A stretch of 26,036 nucleotides of DNA from a virus (IMGVR_UViG_3300037309_000191:1-26036); one strand, 5' to 3'. Shown: positions 15,471-23,746, counted from the first letter of the stretch. The notes: generated from the letters alone by a model not told the origin. Program-made: numbers and translations.

Positions 15471-15961
15471 TGCTTGTCTGGCGCCGCGGGGATGGGAGCG
15501 TCGGCGAGAGAGGCGGCCTGACCGCGGCGCGGTTGTTTGCGTGGCGCGCGGCCACGCTTCAGCATGACCTTGAGCGCCTCGATCACCTTGTGGGCGTCCT
15601 CCGGCGCGATCCAGTCGGGCCGGGAAACACCGACCTGCCGCTCGCAGAAGGCGGAAAGCGCGGGCAGCGAGCCGTTCGCGATGACGCCGGCGCGCTGGCA
15701 CTGGCCCCAGAGCGCGTAGATCGTTTTCGCATGGGGCTTGACGGCCGTTCGACCGGCCTTCGACATGGGCGTCTGGACCGCCACGAAGCCGAGTTGCTGG
15801 AAGCGCCTCAGCAGCCGCTCCAGCTCCGCCGGGGTGCAATCGCCGGCGCTGCGCTTGCCCGTCGCCGCCTCGACCGTGGCGCGGTACGTCGCCTCGTCGA
15901 GCCCGAGCTGTTTTTTCGCCACATGGACCTTGGCCAGCATGGCGCGCCGGTCGATCAGCAT
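15467..15961 (-). CDS. gemA: GemA / Mu gp16 family protein (DUF1018)
   Basis: LAKVHVAKKQLGLDEATYR....ATGKRSA.D....L......F...GF...IYALW...L.AFC.RQ.G....W.....HKVIEALK. Confidence 0.92.
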   Translation of the reverse strand: MLIDRRAMLAKVHVAKKQLGLDEATYRATVEAATGKRSAGDCTPAELERLLRRFQQLGFVAVQTPMSKAGRTAVKPHAKTIYALWGQCQRAGVIANGSLPALSAFCERQVGVSRPDWIAPEDAHKVIEALKVMLKRGRAPRKQPRRGQAASLADAPIPAAPDKQ

Positions 15962-16179
15962 AGGTCTTCGACCTCCAGTTGCAGCAAGCGGTCGGTGATG
16001 GCGCGAAGCCGCCCCTCGGTGCGCAGGATCTCGCCCGTCCGCCGGCCGGCGATCGCCTGCAGGCGGCGGATCAGCCGCTGGCGCTCGGCCGCCAGCGCCA
16101 CCCGGTCCGTCCAGGCGAACAGGGGCGCCGCCTGATGGGCGAGAGGCCGGCGGGAGCGGGAACGGCCGCGCAGCGTCAT
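15955..16179 (-). CDS. Small basic hypothetical protein (74 aa; alternative start 16191)
   Basis: ATG 16179 overlaps an upstream TGA (ATGA); PLFAW...ERQRL...L..IT..LLQLE helical pattern; 3' end overlaps the gemA start. Confidence 0.65.
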   Translation of the reverse strand: MTLRGRSRSRRPLAHQAAPLFAWTDRVALAAERQRLIRRLQAIAGRRTGEILRTEGRLRAITDRLLQLEVEDLC

Positions 16180-16186
16180 GCGCGCC

Positions 16187-16342
16187 GGCATGGGTGAAGA
16201 CAAGTGGCCGAAGATCGGCAGGTCGACCTTGGGAAGTGGCCGAATTTTTCGGCCACTTCGCCTCCTGCTCCGCCTCCGTGAGGCGGAAGCAGAAGTCCTC
16301 CGGAAAGCGGGCCGGATTGTTCTTGACCGCAGCGGTCAGGCT
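16187..16342 (-). pseudogene. Internal fragment of an ORF6N-domain DNA-binding protein, without a start codon
   Basis: Hand translation of a frame missing from the ORF track: SLTAAVKNNPARFPEDFCFRLTEAEQEAKWPKNSATSQGRPADLRPLVFTHAGA, matching the ORF6N pattern L..AVKRN..RFPEDFMF.LT..E...P.AFTE.G; in-frame TGA at 16382-16384 upstream. Confidence 0.75.
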
Positions 16343-16381
16343 CGACCGCCTCGATCTGCTGGGCGATGCTGAGACGGGCGG

Positions 16382-16594
16382 TCACCGCTGGCCTCCGAAC
16401 AGATCGTCCATGGCGGCAGCGGTGGCGGCCTGCTGCTCGTAGTCGAGCAGGATCGCACGCAGGATCGCGATCCGCCGGTCGGCCTCGGCCGGCGTCATGC
16501 GCTTCTCCGCGATACGGCGCGGATAGACGCTCTCGCGCATCCGGATCTCGCGACGCAGTTCGGCGATCTTGTCGGCATGGGTGATGGCGGTCAT
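16382..16594 (-). CDS. Conserved small phage protein (REI.MR..VYPR type)
   Basis: KIAELRREIRMRESVYPRRI...MT...A..RIAILRAI; ATGA-coupled; GGAGG RBS. Confidence 0.8.
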   Translation of the reverse strand: MTAITHADKIAELRREIRMRESVYPRRIAEKRMTPAEADRRIAILRAILLDYEQQAATAAAMDDLFGGQR

Positions 16595-17010
16595 GCCGGC
16601 CTCCCGTGCGGGAGGCCGGCAGAGTCCGGCGCCGTGTCGCCGGTGGGCGCCACGCGGGCGCCGTAGGCGGCGGTGAAAAGCTCCAGCGCATAGGCGCCGG
16701 GCGTGCGGCCCTCCCGGCGCGCCATCTCGATGAAGCGGGCGTAGAGCGCCTCGGGCACGCGCAGCACGATCTCGCGCACCGCCGGCGCGCTGGTCGGCCC
16801 GCGCTGCGTCAACTGCGCCTCCATGGCGGACGATGCGTCTCGGCGGCCCGGCGCGGTGCCCGCCGCGTGATGGTTGACCAGGCTGCGCACGGTCTTGACG
16901 GCGATGCCGAGCCGGACCGCGATCGTGTGGTCATCGACGCCCTCGGCGCGGAGCGCGAGGATCGCCGCCGTCCGGCTTCGATGGCCGAGGCGGGGCTTCC
17001 GTGCGCCCAT
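16591..17010 (-). CDS. Putative DNA-binding protein (N-terminal HTH plus C-terminal ribbon-helix-helix-like region)
   Basis: Start ATG 17010 (TGATG); SRTAAILALRAEG....IAVRLGIAVKTVRSL and IVLRVPEALYARF...ARREGRTP. Confidence 0.7.
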   Translation of the reverse strand: MGARKPRLGHRSRTAAILALRAEGVDDHTIAVRLGIAVKTVRSLVNHHAAGTAPGRRDASSAMEAQLTQRGPTSAPAVREIVLRVPEALYARFIEMARREGRTPGAYALELFTAAYGARVAPTGDTAPDSAGLPHGRPA

Positions 17011-17255
17011 CAGGCCGCATCCCAAGGGTGCTTCGACCGCGTCTCAAGCTCGCAATCGGCGGCGGCGACGGCGAAGGGATCGGCGATGCCGGCGATCCGG
17101 ACGCGCAGCTGGTCGCCGCTCACGGCGAGCACCGTGGCGGCGAGATTAACGTCCCCCTCTTCCCAGTCGCGGGTCCGGATGCGGATCCGGTCGCCCGGAT
17201 GGAACGCCGGCGCTGGCGCGGCCGGCACGGGGAACGGCAGGATGGTGGCGGTCAT
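17010..17255 (-). CDS. Small hypothetical protein (KOW/SH3-like beta-barrel)
   Basis: Start ATG 17255 after GAGGAGG; FHPGDRIRI...ATVLAV.GD.LRVRI. Confidence 0.6.
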   Translation of the reverse strand: MTATILPFPVPAAPAPAFHPGDRIRIRTRDWEEGDVNLAATVLAVSGDQLRVRIAGIADPFAVAAADCELETRSKHPWDAA

Positions 17256-17256
17256 G

Positions 17257-17481
17257 TCAGTCCTCCTCGGCACCCGCCGCGAGATAGTCCCGGGCAGCGT
17301 TGATGAGAGCGTCGCGGAGCGGATCACCGCCCGCGCGGTTCGGGATGAAGCGAAGCGCGATCAGCGCCTCGCAGAGCAGGCACGCGGCGAGCTCGTGATC
17401 GCCGTCGCAGAGCGCCTGATGGGCCTCGCTGGCGTGCGTCATGGCTTCGGAGAAGGCCGGCGGCGTGGTGAACCCCATCAT
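17257..17481 (-). CDS. Small hypothetical protein (74 aa, helical)
   Basis: ATG 17481 after GAGGAGG; fills the operon gap. Confidence 0.6.
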   Translation of the reverse strand: MMGFTTPPAFSEAMTHASEAHQALCDGDHELAACLLCEALIALRFIPNRAGGDPLRDALINAARDYLAAGAEED

Positions 17482-17489
17482 TGCCTCCT

Positions 17490-18191
17490 CTAGAGCGCTG
17501 CGATGTCGATGGAGACGCCGCGCCAGGGCGCGTCGGCGGCGTCGCGCTCGTAGAAGCGCAGGTAGGCCTTGGTGCCCGTGACGCGGATGCTGTCGCGGAT
17601 GGCATTCATGGCGCGGCGCCAGCGGCCGTCCTCGATTTCGAGGCGCAGCAGGCTGAACAGCTCGCCCCGGTTGATCTGGCCCTCGCGGTCCACGTTGAAG
17701 ACGCGGTTGACGAGCGCGGCGATCTCCGGCCGGCTCTCGGCGCCCCACTCGATCAGGCACGCGTCGATCAGCTTCTTCGCCTCCTGCAATTCCGGGCCGA
17801 AGCTGATCAGGTCGGCGATCTGCACCTGCACCTTCATCAGCCCGTCGTAGGACTGGTAAGTCACGTTGCCCTTCGGCCCGCCGCGGCGGGCGCCGTATTC
17901 CTGCTCAAGGAGCGACTGAAACGCGTTCAGGTCCTCGAAGGTGTGGCCCTTGAACCGGCCGATCTGGGCGGAGAGCGCACGGGCGTAGAACATCACCTTG
18001 CGCACCACCTGGTCCTCGAGCGCATGGGCCGGCCGGACCGTCTCCGCGGGCATCAGCGCGCCCTTGGCGTCGCGCAGGTAGCGCCGGCCGCCGATCGTCT
18101 CGGAGCCCGCCCGCAGGGCGGCGTCGAGGGCCTCCCGGAGGCCGCCCGGCCCGTCGGCCACGATGTCGTTCACGTCGATCTCAAGGGTCAT
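17490..18191 (-). CDS. DUF3164 family protein (Mu-like early region)
   Basis: YLRDAKGALMP...LEDQVV...GGPKGNVTYQSYDG..KVQ.......FGPELQ.AK.LID.C..EW...F.VD.EG.I...W..AM.AI.DS. Confidence 0.9.
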   Translation of the reverse strand: MTLEIDVNDIVADGPGGLREALDAALRAGSETIGGRRYLRDAKGALMPAETVRPAHALEDQVVRKVMFYARALSAQIGRFKGHTFEDLNAFQSLLEQEYGARRGGPKGNVTYQSYDGLMKVQVQIADLISFGPELQEAKKLIDACLIEWGAESRPEIAALVNRVFNVDREGQINRGELFSLLRLEIEDGRWRRAMNAIRDSIRVTGTKAYLRFYERDAADAPWRGVSIDIAAL

Positions 18192-19018
18192 GACTTGCCT
18201 CCTGTGGTGTCGAGGGTGCGGCCGAGGGCCAGGATGGCCGCGCGCAGGTGGATGAGGGCGTGCCGCTCCTGCGCCGTGTAGACCGCCTGCTCGGCCGTCC
18301 GGTGGGCGGCGACGACGGCGGCGGCCGCGGTCCGCACGGGCGCAGGATCGGGGGGCGGCGTGCGGGCGACGAGGGCCGGCAGGGTCCCGGCCGATGGGCC
18401 GAGCGTGGCACCGGGCGGCAAGGGCACGACCGGATCGTCATAGTCGACGATCGGCAGGACCGCGCTGCGGACGAACCCCGCCAGCGCGCGGATCTCGTCG
18501 GCGGAGACGACGGCGTTCGGATGATCGAGCACCCGCGCGGCGACGGCGTGCGGTTCGATGTCCGGATAGCGCGATCCGACCGTGGCGCCGCCGATCATGA
18601 CCGCGCGCACGCCGAGCGCCGCCTCGATCTCGCGGATCGGCTGCACGATTTCGCGGTCGCCCCGGTCGACATGCCACTGGATGCGGGCGACGCCGTGCAA
18701 GATCGTCGTATGATCGCGGCCGCCCATCATCTGGCCGATCTCGGGCAGCGAGCGGCGGGTATGCGTGCGGGCAAGCCACATGGCGATCTGGCGCGGCCGG
18801 GCGATCGGCGCGGTGCGCCGCGCGGAGATGAGGTCAACGCGGCGCACGGCGAAGCGGACGCTGACCGCCTCCAGGATCAGCCGGATGGACGGCTCGGCCC
18901 GTGACGGGTCGGACTCGGCCAAGGCCAGCCCCACCGCCACGGCGTGCGTGAGCGCCTGGGGCGAGAGCGGCTCGGGCTGGACCGGTTGCGACAGCGCCTT
19001 GGTCGGAGCAACGCTCAT
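18188..19018 (-). CDS. Protein containing a DnaA C-terminal (domain IV) DNA-binding HTH
   Basis: Start ATG 19018 (ATGA); ILEAVS..F.V...DLISARRT..IARPRQIAMWLAR..T.RSLPEIG..MGGRDHTTILHGV..I is the DnaA domain IV signature; no AAA+ domain. Confidence 0.88.
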   Translation of the reverse strand: MSVAPTKALSQPVQPEPLSPQALTHAVAVGLALAESDPSRAEPSIRLILEAVSVRFAVRRVDLISARRTAPIARPRQIAMWLARTHTRRSLPEIGQMMGGRDHTTILHGVARIQWHVDRGDREIVQPIREIEAALGVRAVMIGGATVGSRYPDIEPHAVAARVLDHPNAVVSADEIRALAGFVRSAVLPIVDYDDPVVPLPPGATLGPSAGTLPALVARTPPPDPAPVRTAAAAVVAAHRTAEQAVYTAQERHALIHLRAAILALGRTLDTTGGKS

Positions 19019-19323
19019 CGCTTGGCTCCTGCGCAACGGTCCGCCAGCGCACGGAGCTGCACGCCGAGCCGGGCGAGGAACGGGCTTTCGGCGGGCTGGC
19101 GCAGATGGGCCGCCAGCTGCGCGTCGAGCATCCGCAATTCATCGGCGACCTCGGCGAGCAGCAGGCGCTGGCGAAGCTGGGTGGCCTCCGCCTCATCCAG
19201 CAACGTCGCCACGGCGGGCGCGATGCCCCGCGCAAGGCTCTGGATGCGCCCGCAGTCGAGGTCTTGCGCGATCGCCTTCGTCAGCGGACGCGTCGGCAGG
19301 TGGTAGACGATCTTGCTGTCCAT
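19015..19323 (-). CDS. Hypothetical protein (102 aa)
   Basis: Coupled on both sides (TGATG with MuB, ATGA with the next gene). Confidence 0.7.
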   Translation of the reverse strand: MDSKIVYHLPTRPLTKAIAQDLDCGRIQSLARGIAPAVATLLDEAEATQLRQRLLLAEVADELRMLDAQLAAHLRQPAESPFLARLGVQLRALADRCAGAKR

Positions 19324-20300
19324 CAGCGGAGTTCCTCGCGGCTGCGGTTCTGCCAGGCCTGGCGCACATCGCCGGGCGTCATGCTGCGGCCGGCGCCATA
19401 GGCGATCAGGCTCGCGAGCTTGAGCGTATCGACCACCTGGCCGAGGCTGCCGGGCCGCGCCGCGATCTGGTGGGCGAGGCGCCGCATGTCGGCATCCGTG
19501 ATCGCCAGCGCGTCCAGGATCCGATCGACATCGCCAGGCGGCGCCTTGAGGATATGGACGCGCATGCCGACGCGGCGGTGGATCTGGCCGTAGCCCTCGC
19601 GCGTGGCGGAGAGGGAATAGCGCGTCATCAGGTCTTCGTTGCCGCAGAGCGCGAGGCCGCAGCGGGCCTCGTCCAGCAGGAACCGCAGCTGGTTGACCGC
19701 GTCCTCGGTCAGATGCTGCGCCTCATCGACCATCAGGAGGGGCTTGCGCCCGTCGCCGCCCTTCAAGCGGCCCATGATTTCCTGCTGCGTGTCCTGTAGC
19801 GACCGTGACCGGCTGTAGAGGCCGAGGGTCGCCGCGATCTTACGGAGCGCCCGCTGCGGCCTGGCGTCGACAGGCTCGATCGCGACGCGAAACGCGTGCA
19901 GGCGGTTCGCCTGGTACCATTGCAGCGCCATGGTCTTGCCGAGGCCCGAGCCCATCGTGATCAGCGCCATGGACGGCCCCGATTGGGCGAAGGTGAGCGC
20001 CTGGATCACCTGCGTCGCAGCCGAGGTCTCGACGAAACCCGGATCGGCGATGACGGCGCTGTCGGTTTCGAGCCGCGCGTCCTCGGTCGCGAGCCAGCGT
20101 TCGAGCTTGTCCGCGATCGCCAGTTTGTTGCCCTTGTAGTGGCCGCGCAGGAACTCCGAGAGTGTCGAGTTGGGCACGCCGCAGCGGCGCGCGGCCTCCG
20201 ATTGTGTCCATCCACTGCCCTCGATCAGGGCGGCGGCGCGGGCGCGGATGGCCTCGGTGCGCTCGATTGCGGCGTGGGGTTTGACCGTCAGATCCAGCAT
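19323..20300 (-). CDS. MuB-like transposition AAA+ ATPase with N-terminal HTH
   Basis: Start reset to ATG 20300 after GGAGAAGAG; HTH QSEAARRCGVPNSTLSEFLRGHYKG, Walker A GSGLGKT, Walker B LMVDEAQHL, L.GN, QI.RRVG; follows the transposase. Confidence 0.93.
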   Translation of the reverse strand: MLDLTVKPHAAIERTEAIRARAAALIEGSGWTQSEAARRCGVPNSTLSEFLRGHYKGNKLAIADKLERWLATEDARLETDSAVIADPGFVETSAATQVIQALTFAQSGPSMALITMGSGLGKTMALQWYQANRLHAFRVAIEPVDARPQRALRKIAATLGLYSRSRSLQDTQQEIMGRLKGGDGRKPLLMVDEAQHLTEDAVNQLRFLLDEARCGLALCGNEDLMTRYSLSATREGYGQIHRRVGMRVHILKAPPGDVDRILDALAITDADMRRLAHQIAARPGSLGQVVDTLKLASLIAYGAGRSMTPGDVRQAWQNRSREELR

Positions 20301-20317
20301 GCTCTCTTCTCCATCGA

Positions 20318-22267
20318 TCAGGGCCGGCGCGGTTGGCCGCGCTCGGCGGGAAACGGGATGGGATCGCCGGACAGGCGCTCCAGCGCGGCGCCCAGCGCCG
20401 CGAAATCGAGGGAAGCGGCCGCGGCCCGTCCGCCACCGCCCGCCGCCAGACGCACGACCTTGCGGGCGGCGGGGTCGGGCTCGGCTTCGGGCGCGGCGAG
20501 CGGGGTGAGGCGCTTCAAGTCGGCCGCATCGAGCCGGCGGGCGAGATCGAGCGCCTCGCGGTTGTTCCTCAGCATCTGCGCCTGCAGGCGGGCCGCCTCG
20601 CGGGCGTCCTCCACGCTGTTGAAGCCCACGTCGTCGAGGCGCTCGGCCTCGCACAGGAACCGGTTGTCGAGGCTGTAGACCGCGATGCCCGCACCGAGCT
20701 CCTGCGGGTCGAACCGCACGATCAGGCGCTCGCCCACATGGCCGGCGAGCGCATCGGCCCAGAACCGGTTGTCAAAGAGCTCGATCCGCCCGTCGGGCTT
20801 GCGGGCCGTGACGCCCTCGGCCGCCAGCAGGAAGAGCCGGCGCTGTTCGGCCGTGGCCCGGCGAAGGCCGAGCTCCGGCATAGCGGCTTCGAACACCTGG
20901 TCGAAGCTCCGGCCTTCCATGCCGTAGCCGCGCCGGCCTTCGCGCGCGTTGTGCTCGGCCACCACGGACGCGGCGACCTGCTCGAACAGGTCGAGCGGCA
21001 CGGCGGCGCTGCCGTAGTTCTCGGGTTTGGCGTCGGGCCGGTTGCCGGTATAGGCGCCGGCGAGTTGCGGGTGCTTGTCGAGGCTCTCGCCGATGTCGCG
21101 GAAGGACCGCTCGATCGGCTTCGACTGGCCCCGGTAGGGCGTGGTGAAATGGACCTGGGTGCCGAGCCGGGTGATGATGCCCTCGGGCTCCTCGTCCTTC
21201 ACCTTGAACCGGAACCGGAACGCCATGCGGCCGGTCAGCCACTTCGAGGCGAAGTGCCGGCCGTTGTCGAAATACACGTGCTCCGGGATGCCGTAGCGGG
21301 TGATCAGGTCGGCGAAGCAGAGCCGGACCGCTTCCTTGTTCTCGGAGCGGTCCGTGCGGCGCGCCACCCACTTGCCGGAGCGCAGGTCCTGAAAGGCGAT
21401 CGAGATCGGGCGGCCGACGCTGCCGTCGGGCCAGCGCACGAAGACGTTGTGCTTGTAACCGTCGGCGTTGACCGCCTCGAGGCTCGCGAACACCGTGCGG
21501 TCGCGGCGCTGGGCCGGCGCCATGCGGCGGGCGGCCTCGCGGCCATTGCGGGCGAGTGTAACAGCGCCGGGCGCCACATCGGAGCGCAGGCGGCGCGCGA
21601 AGGTCTTCTGGCTGGGCAGCACGCCCCAGCCGTGGGCGGTGGCGGCCGCGACGGTCAGGCGATACGCATGCTCCAGGCCGCGCCGCTCCGGCGAAAGATA
21701 CGCGGCCAGGAAATAGTCCCAGGCATCGGCCGGGATCGCGGCCCGGCGCGGATCGTCCGCTGCCGGTCCGCCCCGCTGGTCGGCCAGGACCGGCAGCCAG
21801 TCGGCCGGATCAAGTCCGTCCACCCGGGCGAGCCAGCCCCAGAGCGAGGAGGCCGCGACGCCGTGGGCGGCGGCGGTGCGCTGGACCGCCGTGTGGCGTG
21901 TGACGTCCGGCCCGGCCGAGATCACGGCCTGGACGGCGATGAGGCGCTCGGTCGCCCTGGCCTTGGCGCGCTCCGGCAACGCATCGAAGGCCGCCCAGCG
22001 GCCCGATCGAACGGCGTTCGACGGGGCTTCGGCGGCCGCGCGAACGGCATCCTCGTCGCCGCGCAGCAGCGCCGCGCGTACCGGCATCGGCAGCAGCGAG
22101 ACATGGTACTCGTAGCCGCCGCCCCGGCCGAAGCGGACGCGGGCGCGGCTGCCGTCGGCCTGCCAGCCGGCGTCGCGGATGTGCTGGGCAAGGCCCGCAG
22201 CGCTCGCCGGCAGCCAGGGGGCGGCCACCGGCAGCAGCTCATCGGCCGTGAACCATTCGCGCGGCAT
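20318..22267 (-). CDS. MuA-like DDE transposase
   Basis: Start reset to ATG 22267 (TGATG); EWFTA.EL...GRGGGYEYHVSLLP Mu HTH; DDE motifs NADGYKH / YFDNGRHFASK / QSKPIERSF; C-terminal Mu-transposase domain. Confidence 0.96.
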   Translation of the reverse strand: MPREWFTADELLPVAAPWLPASAAGLAQHIRDAGWQADGSRARVRFGRGGGYEYHVSLLPMPVRAALLRGDEDAVRAAAEAPSNAVRSGRWAAFDALPERAKARATERLIAVQAVISAGPDVTRHTAVQRTAAAHGVAASSLWGWLARVDGLDPADWLPVLADQRGGPAADDPRRAAIPADAWDYFLAAYLSPERRGLEHAYRLTVAAATAHGWGVLPSQKTFARRLRSDVAPGAVTLARNGREAARRMAPAQRRDRTVFASLEAVNADGYKHNVFVRWPDGSVGRPISIAFQDLRSGKWVARRTDRSENKEAVRLCFADLITRYGIPEHVYFDNGRHFASKWLTGRMAFRFRFKVKDEEPEGIITRLGTQVHFTTPYRGQSKPIERSFRDIGESLDKHPQLAGAYTGNRPDAKPENYGSAAVPLDLFEQVAASVVAEHNAREGRRGYGMEGRSFDQVFEAAMPELGLRRATAEQRRLFLLAAEGVTARKPDGRIELFDNRFWADALAGHVGERLIVRFDPQELGAGIAVYSLDNRFLCEAERLDDVGFNSVEDAREAARLQAQMLRNNREALDLARRLDAADLKRLTPLAAPEAEPDPAARKVVRLAAGGGGRAAAASLDFAALGAALERLSGDPIPFPAERGQPRRP

Positions 22268-23205
22268 CAGGCGACGTCTCCGCGCTCGTCCAGGTAGCCA
22301 GCGAGCGTCGCCTTCAGCCCCATGTAGAGCCGCTGGCGGACCCGGAGCGACAGACCCTTGGACAGGCAGTTGACCAGGGCCGGCATCTCCGCTGTCGCGG
22401 CCCGCTCCAGGATGCAATCGAGCCAGCGCCGCCGATCGGTCGCTGACGATCGATCGAGCAGCTTGAGGAACGGGTCCTCGGGCTGCTTGCCCGCGGCCTC
22501 CGCGAGGCCGTTCTGCACCCAGGCGTCCTTCAGCGTCTTCGCCTCACCCGTGGCCAGCGCGCGGGCAACCGCGACCTGCTTCTCCGGGTCCCTGAGCCGC
22601 GAGATCTTCTTCAACGCCGCGCCGTTGTCGACGAGCTTGGTGGCCCGGATGTGCTCGATGGCCGCCGGGCTGAGGTTCTTGATGAGGGCGTTTGCCCTGT
22701 CGAACGTGGCGACGCTCAGGCCGGTGCGTTTGGCGGCGTCCTTCGCGAACGAAGGAAAAGACTGCAAGTTGACGTCTTTTCCTTCGAAGGGCTTTTTGGG
22801 CTTCTTCGCCTTGCCCCAAACCTTGCCCGGATAGAGCTCCTCATAGATGCGCTTGCGCTCCGCGACGGCGATCGCGAAGTCGAGGGCCGATAGCTCGTTG
22901 CGGATCAGGTTCTCGTCGATCTCGACGATCCGGGCCTGCGCGGCGTCAAGATCGAGCCAGATCGCGGCGATCTCGGTCCAGCCAAGCTGCCGGGCGGCGG
23001 CCAGGCGGTGGCAGCCGGCCACCAGCAGCAGCCGGTTGCCGCCATTGGGATGGGGCCGCACCACGATCGGCTGCTGCAGGCCGATCTCGTTCATGGACGC
23101 CGCGAGCGCGCCGACCCGGTCAGCGTCGACCGGTCGGAGCCGGCCCGCATCGTCGATCGCGGCGATCGCGGCGGGGAAGAGCGGAGACAGGGAGCCGGGG
23201 GTCAT
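22267..23205 (-). CDS. ParB/Srx N-terminal domain protein with HTH
   Basis: LAASMNEIGLQQPIVVR...LVAGCHRLAAA.QLGW..I...EIDENLIRNEL...KRIYEELYP...AKRTGLSVATFDR. Confidence 0.9.
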   Translation of the reverse strand: MTPGSLSPLFPAAIAAIDDAGRLRPVDADRVGALAASMNEIGLQQPIVVRPHPNGGNRLLLVAGCHRLAAARQLGWTEIAAIWLDLDAAQARIVEIDENLIRNELSALDFAIAVAERKRIYEELYPGKVWGKAKKPKKPFEGKDVNLQSFPSFAKDAAKRTGLSVATFDRANALIKNLSPAAIEHIRATKLVDNGAALKKISRLRDPEKQVAVARALATGEAKTLKDAWVQNGLAEAAGKQPEDPFLKLLDRSSATDRRRWLDCILERAATAEMPALVNCLSKGLSLRVRQRLYMGLKATLAGYLDERGDVA

Positions 23206-23468
23206 GGCCGGTTCTCCGCCTTCACGCGAACGATCGTCCGGAACACGCCCGGCGGCTCGGGGGCGACGAGCCAGTCAACCGATACACGCGCCGTGCTGGC
23301 GATCGATCGGATGGCCGTTGCCTTCGGCTCGTTCTCCGCGGCGGCGTAGCGCGCCATGGTGGTCTTGCTGATGCCGGTCGCCCTTGCAAAGGAGAGGACG
23401 GAGCCGTGGGCTTTGGCCAGCCGAGCGATCTTCTCGCCCACGATGTTCGTGCAGCGGGACGCGCTCAT
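23202..23468 (-). CDS. Small XRE-type HTH protein
   Basis: SFARATGISKTTMARY....NEP....I..IA....VSVDWLV; ATGA-coupled on both sides. Confidence 0.8.
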   Translation of the reverse strand: MSASRCTNIVGEKIARLAKAHGSVLSFARATGISKTTMARYAAAENEPKATAIRSIASTARVSVDWLVAPEPPGVFRTIVRVKAENRP

Positions 23469-23746
23469 GCCGCAGCCCTCTGGGCTTTCGCGGCAAGGAT
23501 GCCGGAGCGGCGCTGCTCGACGCGAGACAGCCGCTTGCCGTCTTCGCCGTAGAACAGAGGCCAGATGTCGTGAAGTCGCGCTCCGATCGTGTCCGCGATC
23601 AGCTGCTGGACGCGCGGATAGGGACGCTCCATCGCGGAGTAGAGGGTGAAACGGGAGAGCCCAGCAGCGGCCGCAACAGCAGCGGCTGAGGTGCCTCGCT
23701 CCCGCAGTGCATTGACGATCTGCGTCTTGGTCCAGTTATTCGCCAT
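23465..23746 (-). CDS. ner: Ner/Nlp-family transcriptional regulator
   Basis: W....IVNALRERGTS...VAAAAGLS..TL..AMERPYPRVQQLIA..IG..L.DIWP..Y; first early gene, divergent from the repressor; AGGAG RBS. Confidence 0.92.
   Translation of the reverse strand: MANNWTKTQIVNALRERGTSAAAVAAAAGLSRFTLYSAMERPYPRVQQLIADTIGARLHDIWPLFYGEDGKRLSRVEQRRSGILAAKAQRAAA

Noticed and set aside
2582-22417. Extended N-termini in the ORF track (gpG from 3595, gpI from 7119, gp26 from 13095, endolysin from 14975, mor from 15839, MuB from 20654, MuA from 22417)
   Set aside because: They overlap upstream genes or regulatory sites; internal starts with SD sequences or stop-start overlaps fit better
85-23689. Many long + strand ORFs (e.g. 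3605-5041, 6834-8576, 8893-10275, 10341-12335, 20333-22297)
   Set aside because: Antisense shadows of well-supported minus-strand phage genes; stop codons are rare at this GC content and the products are Arg/Ala/Gly-rich with no motifs
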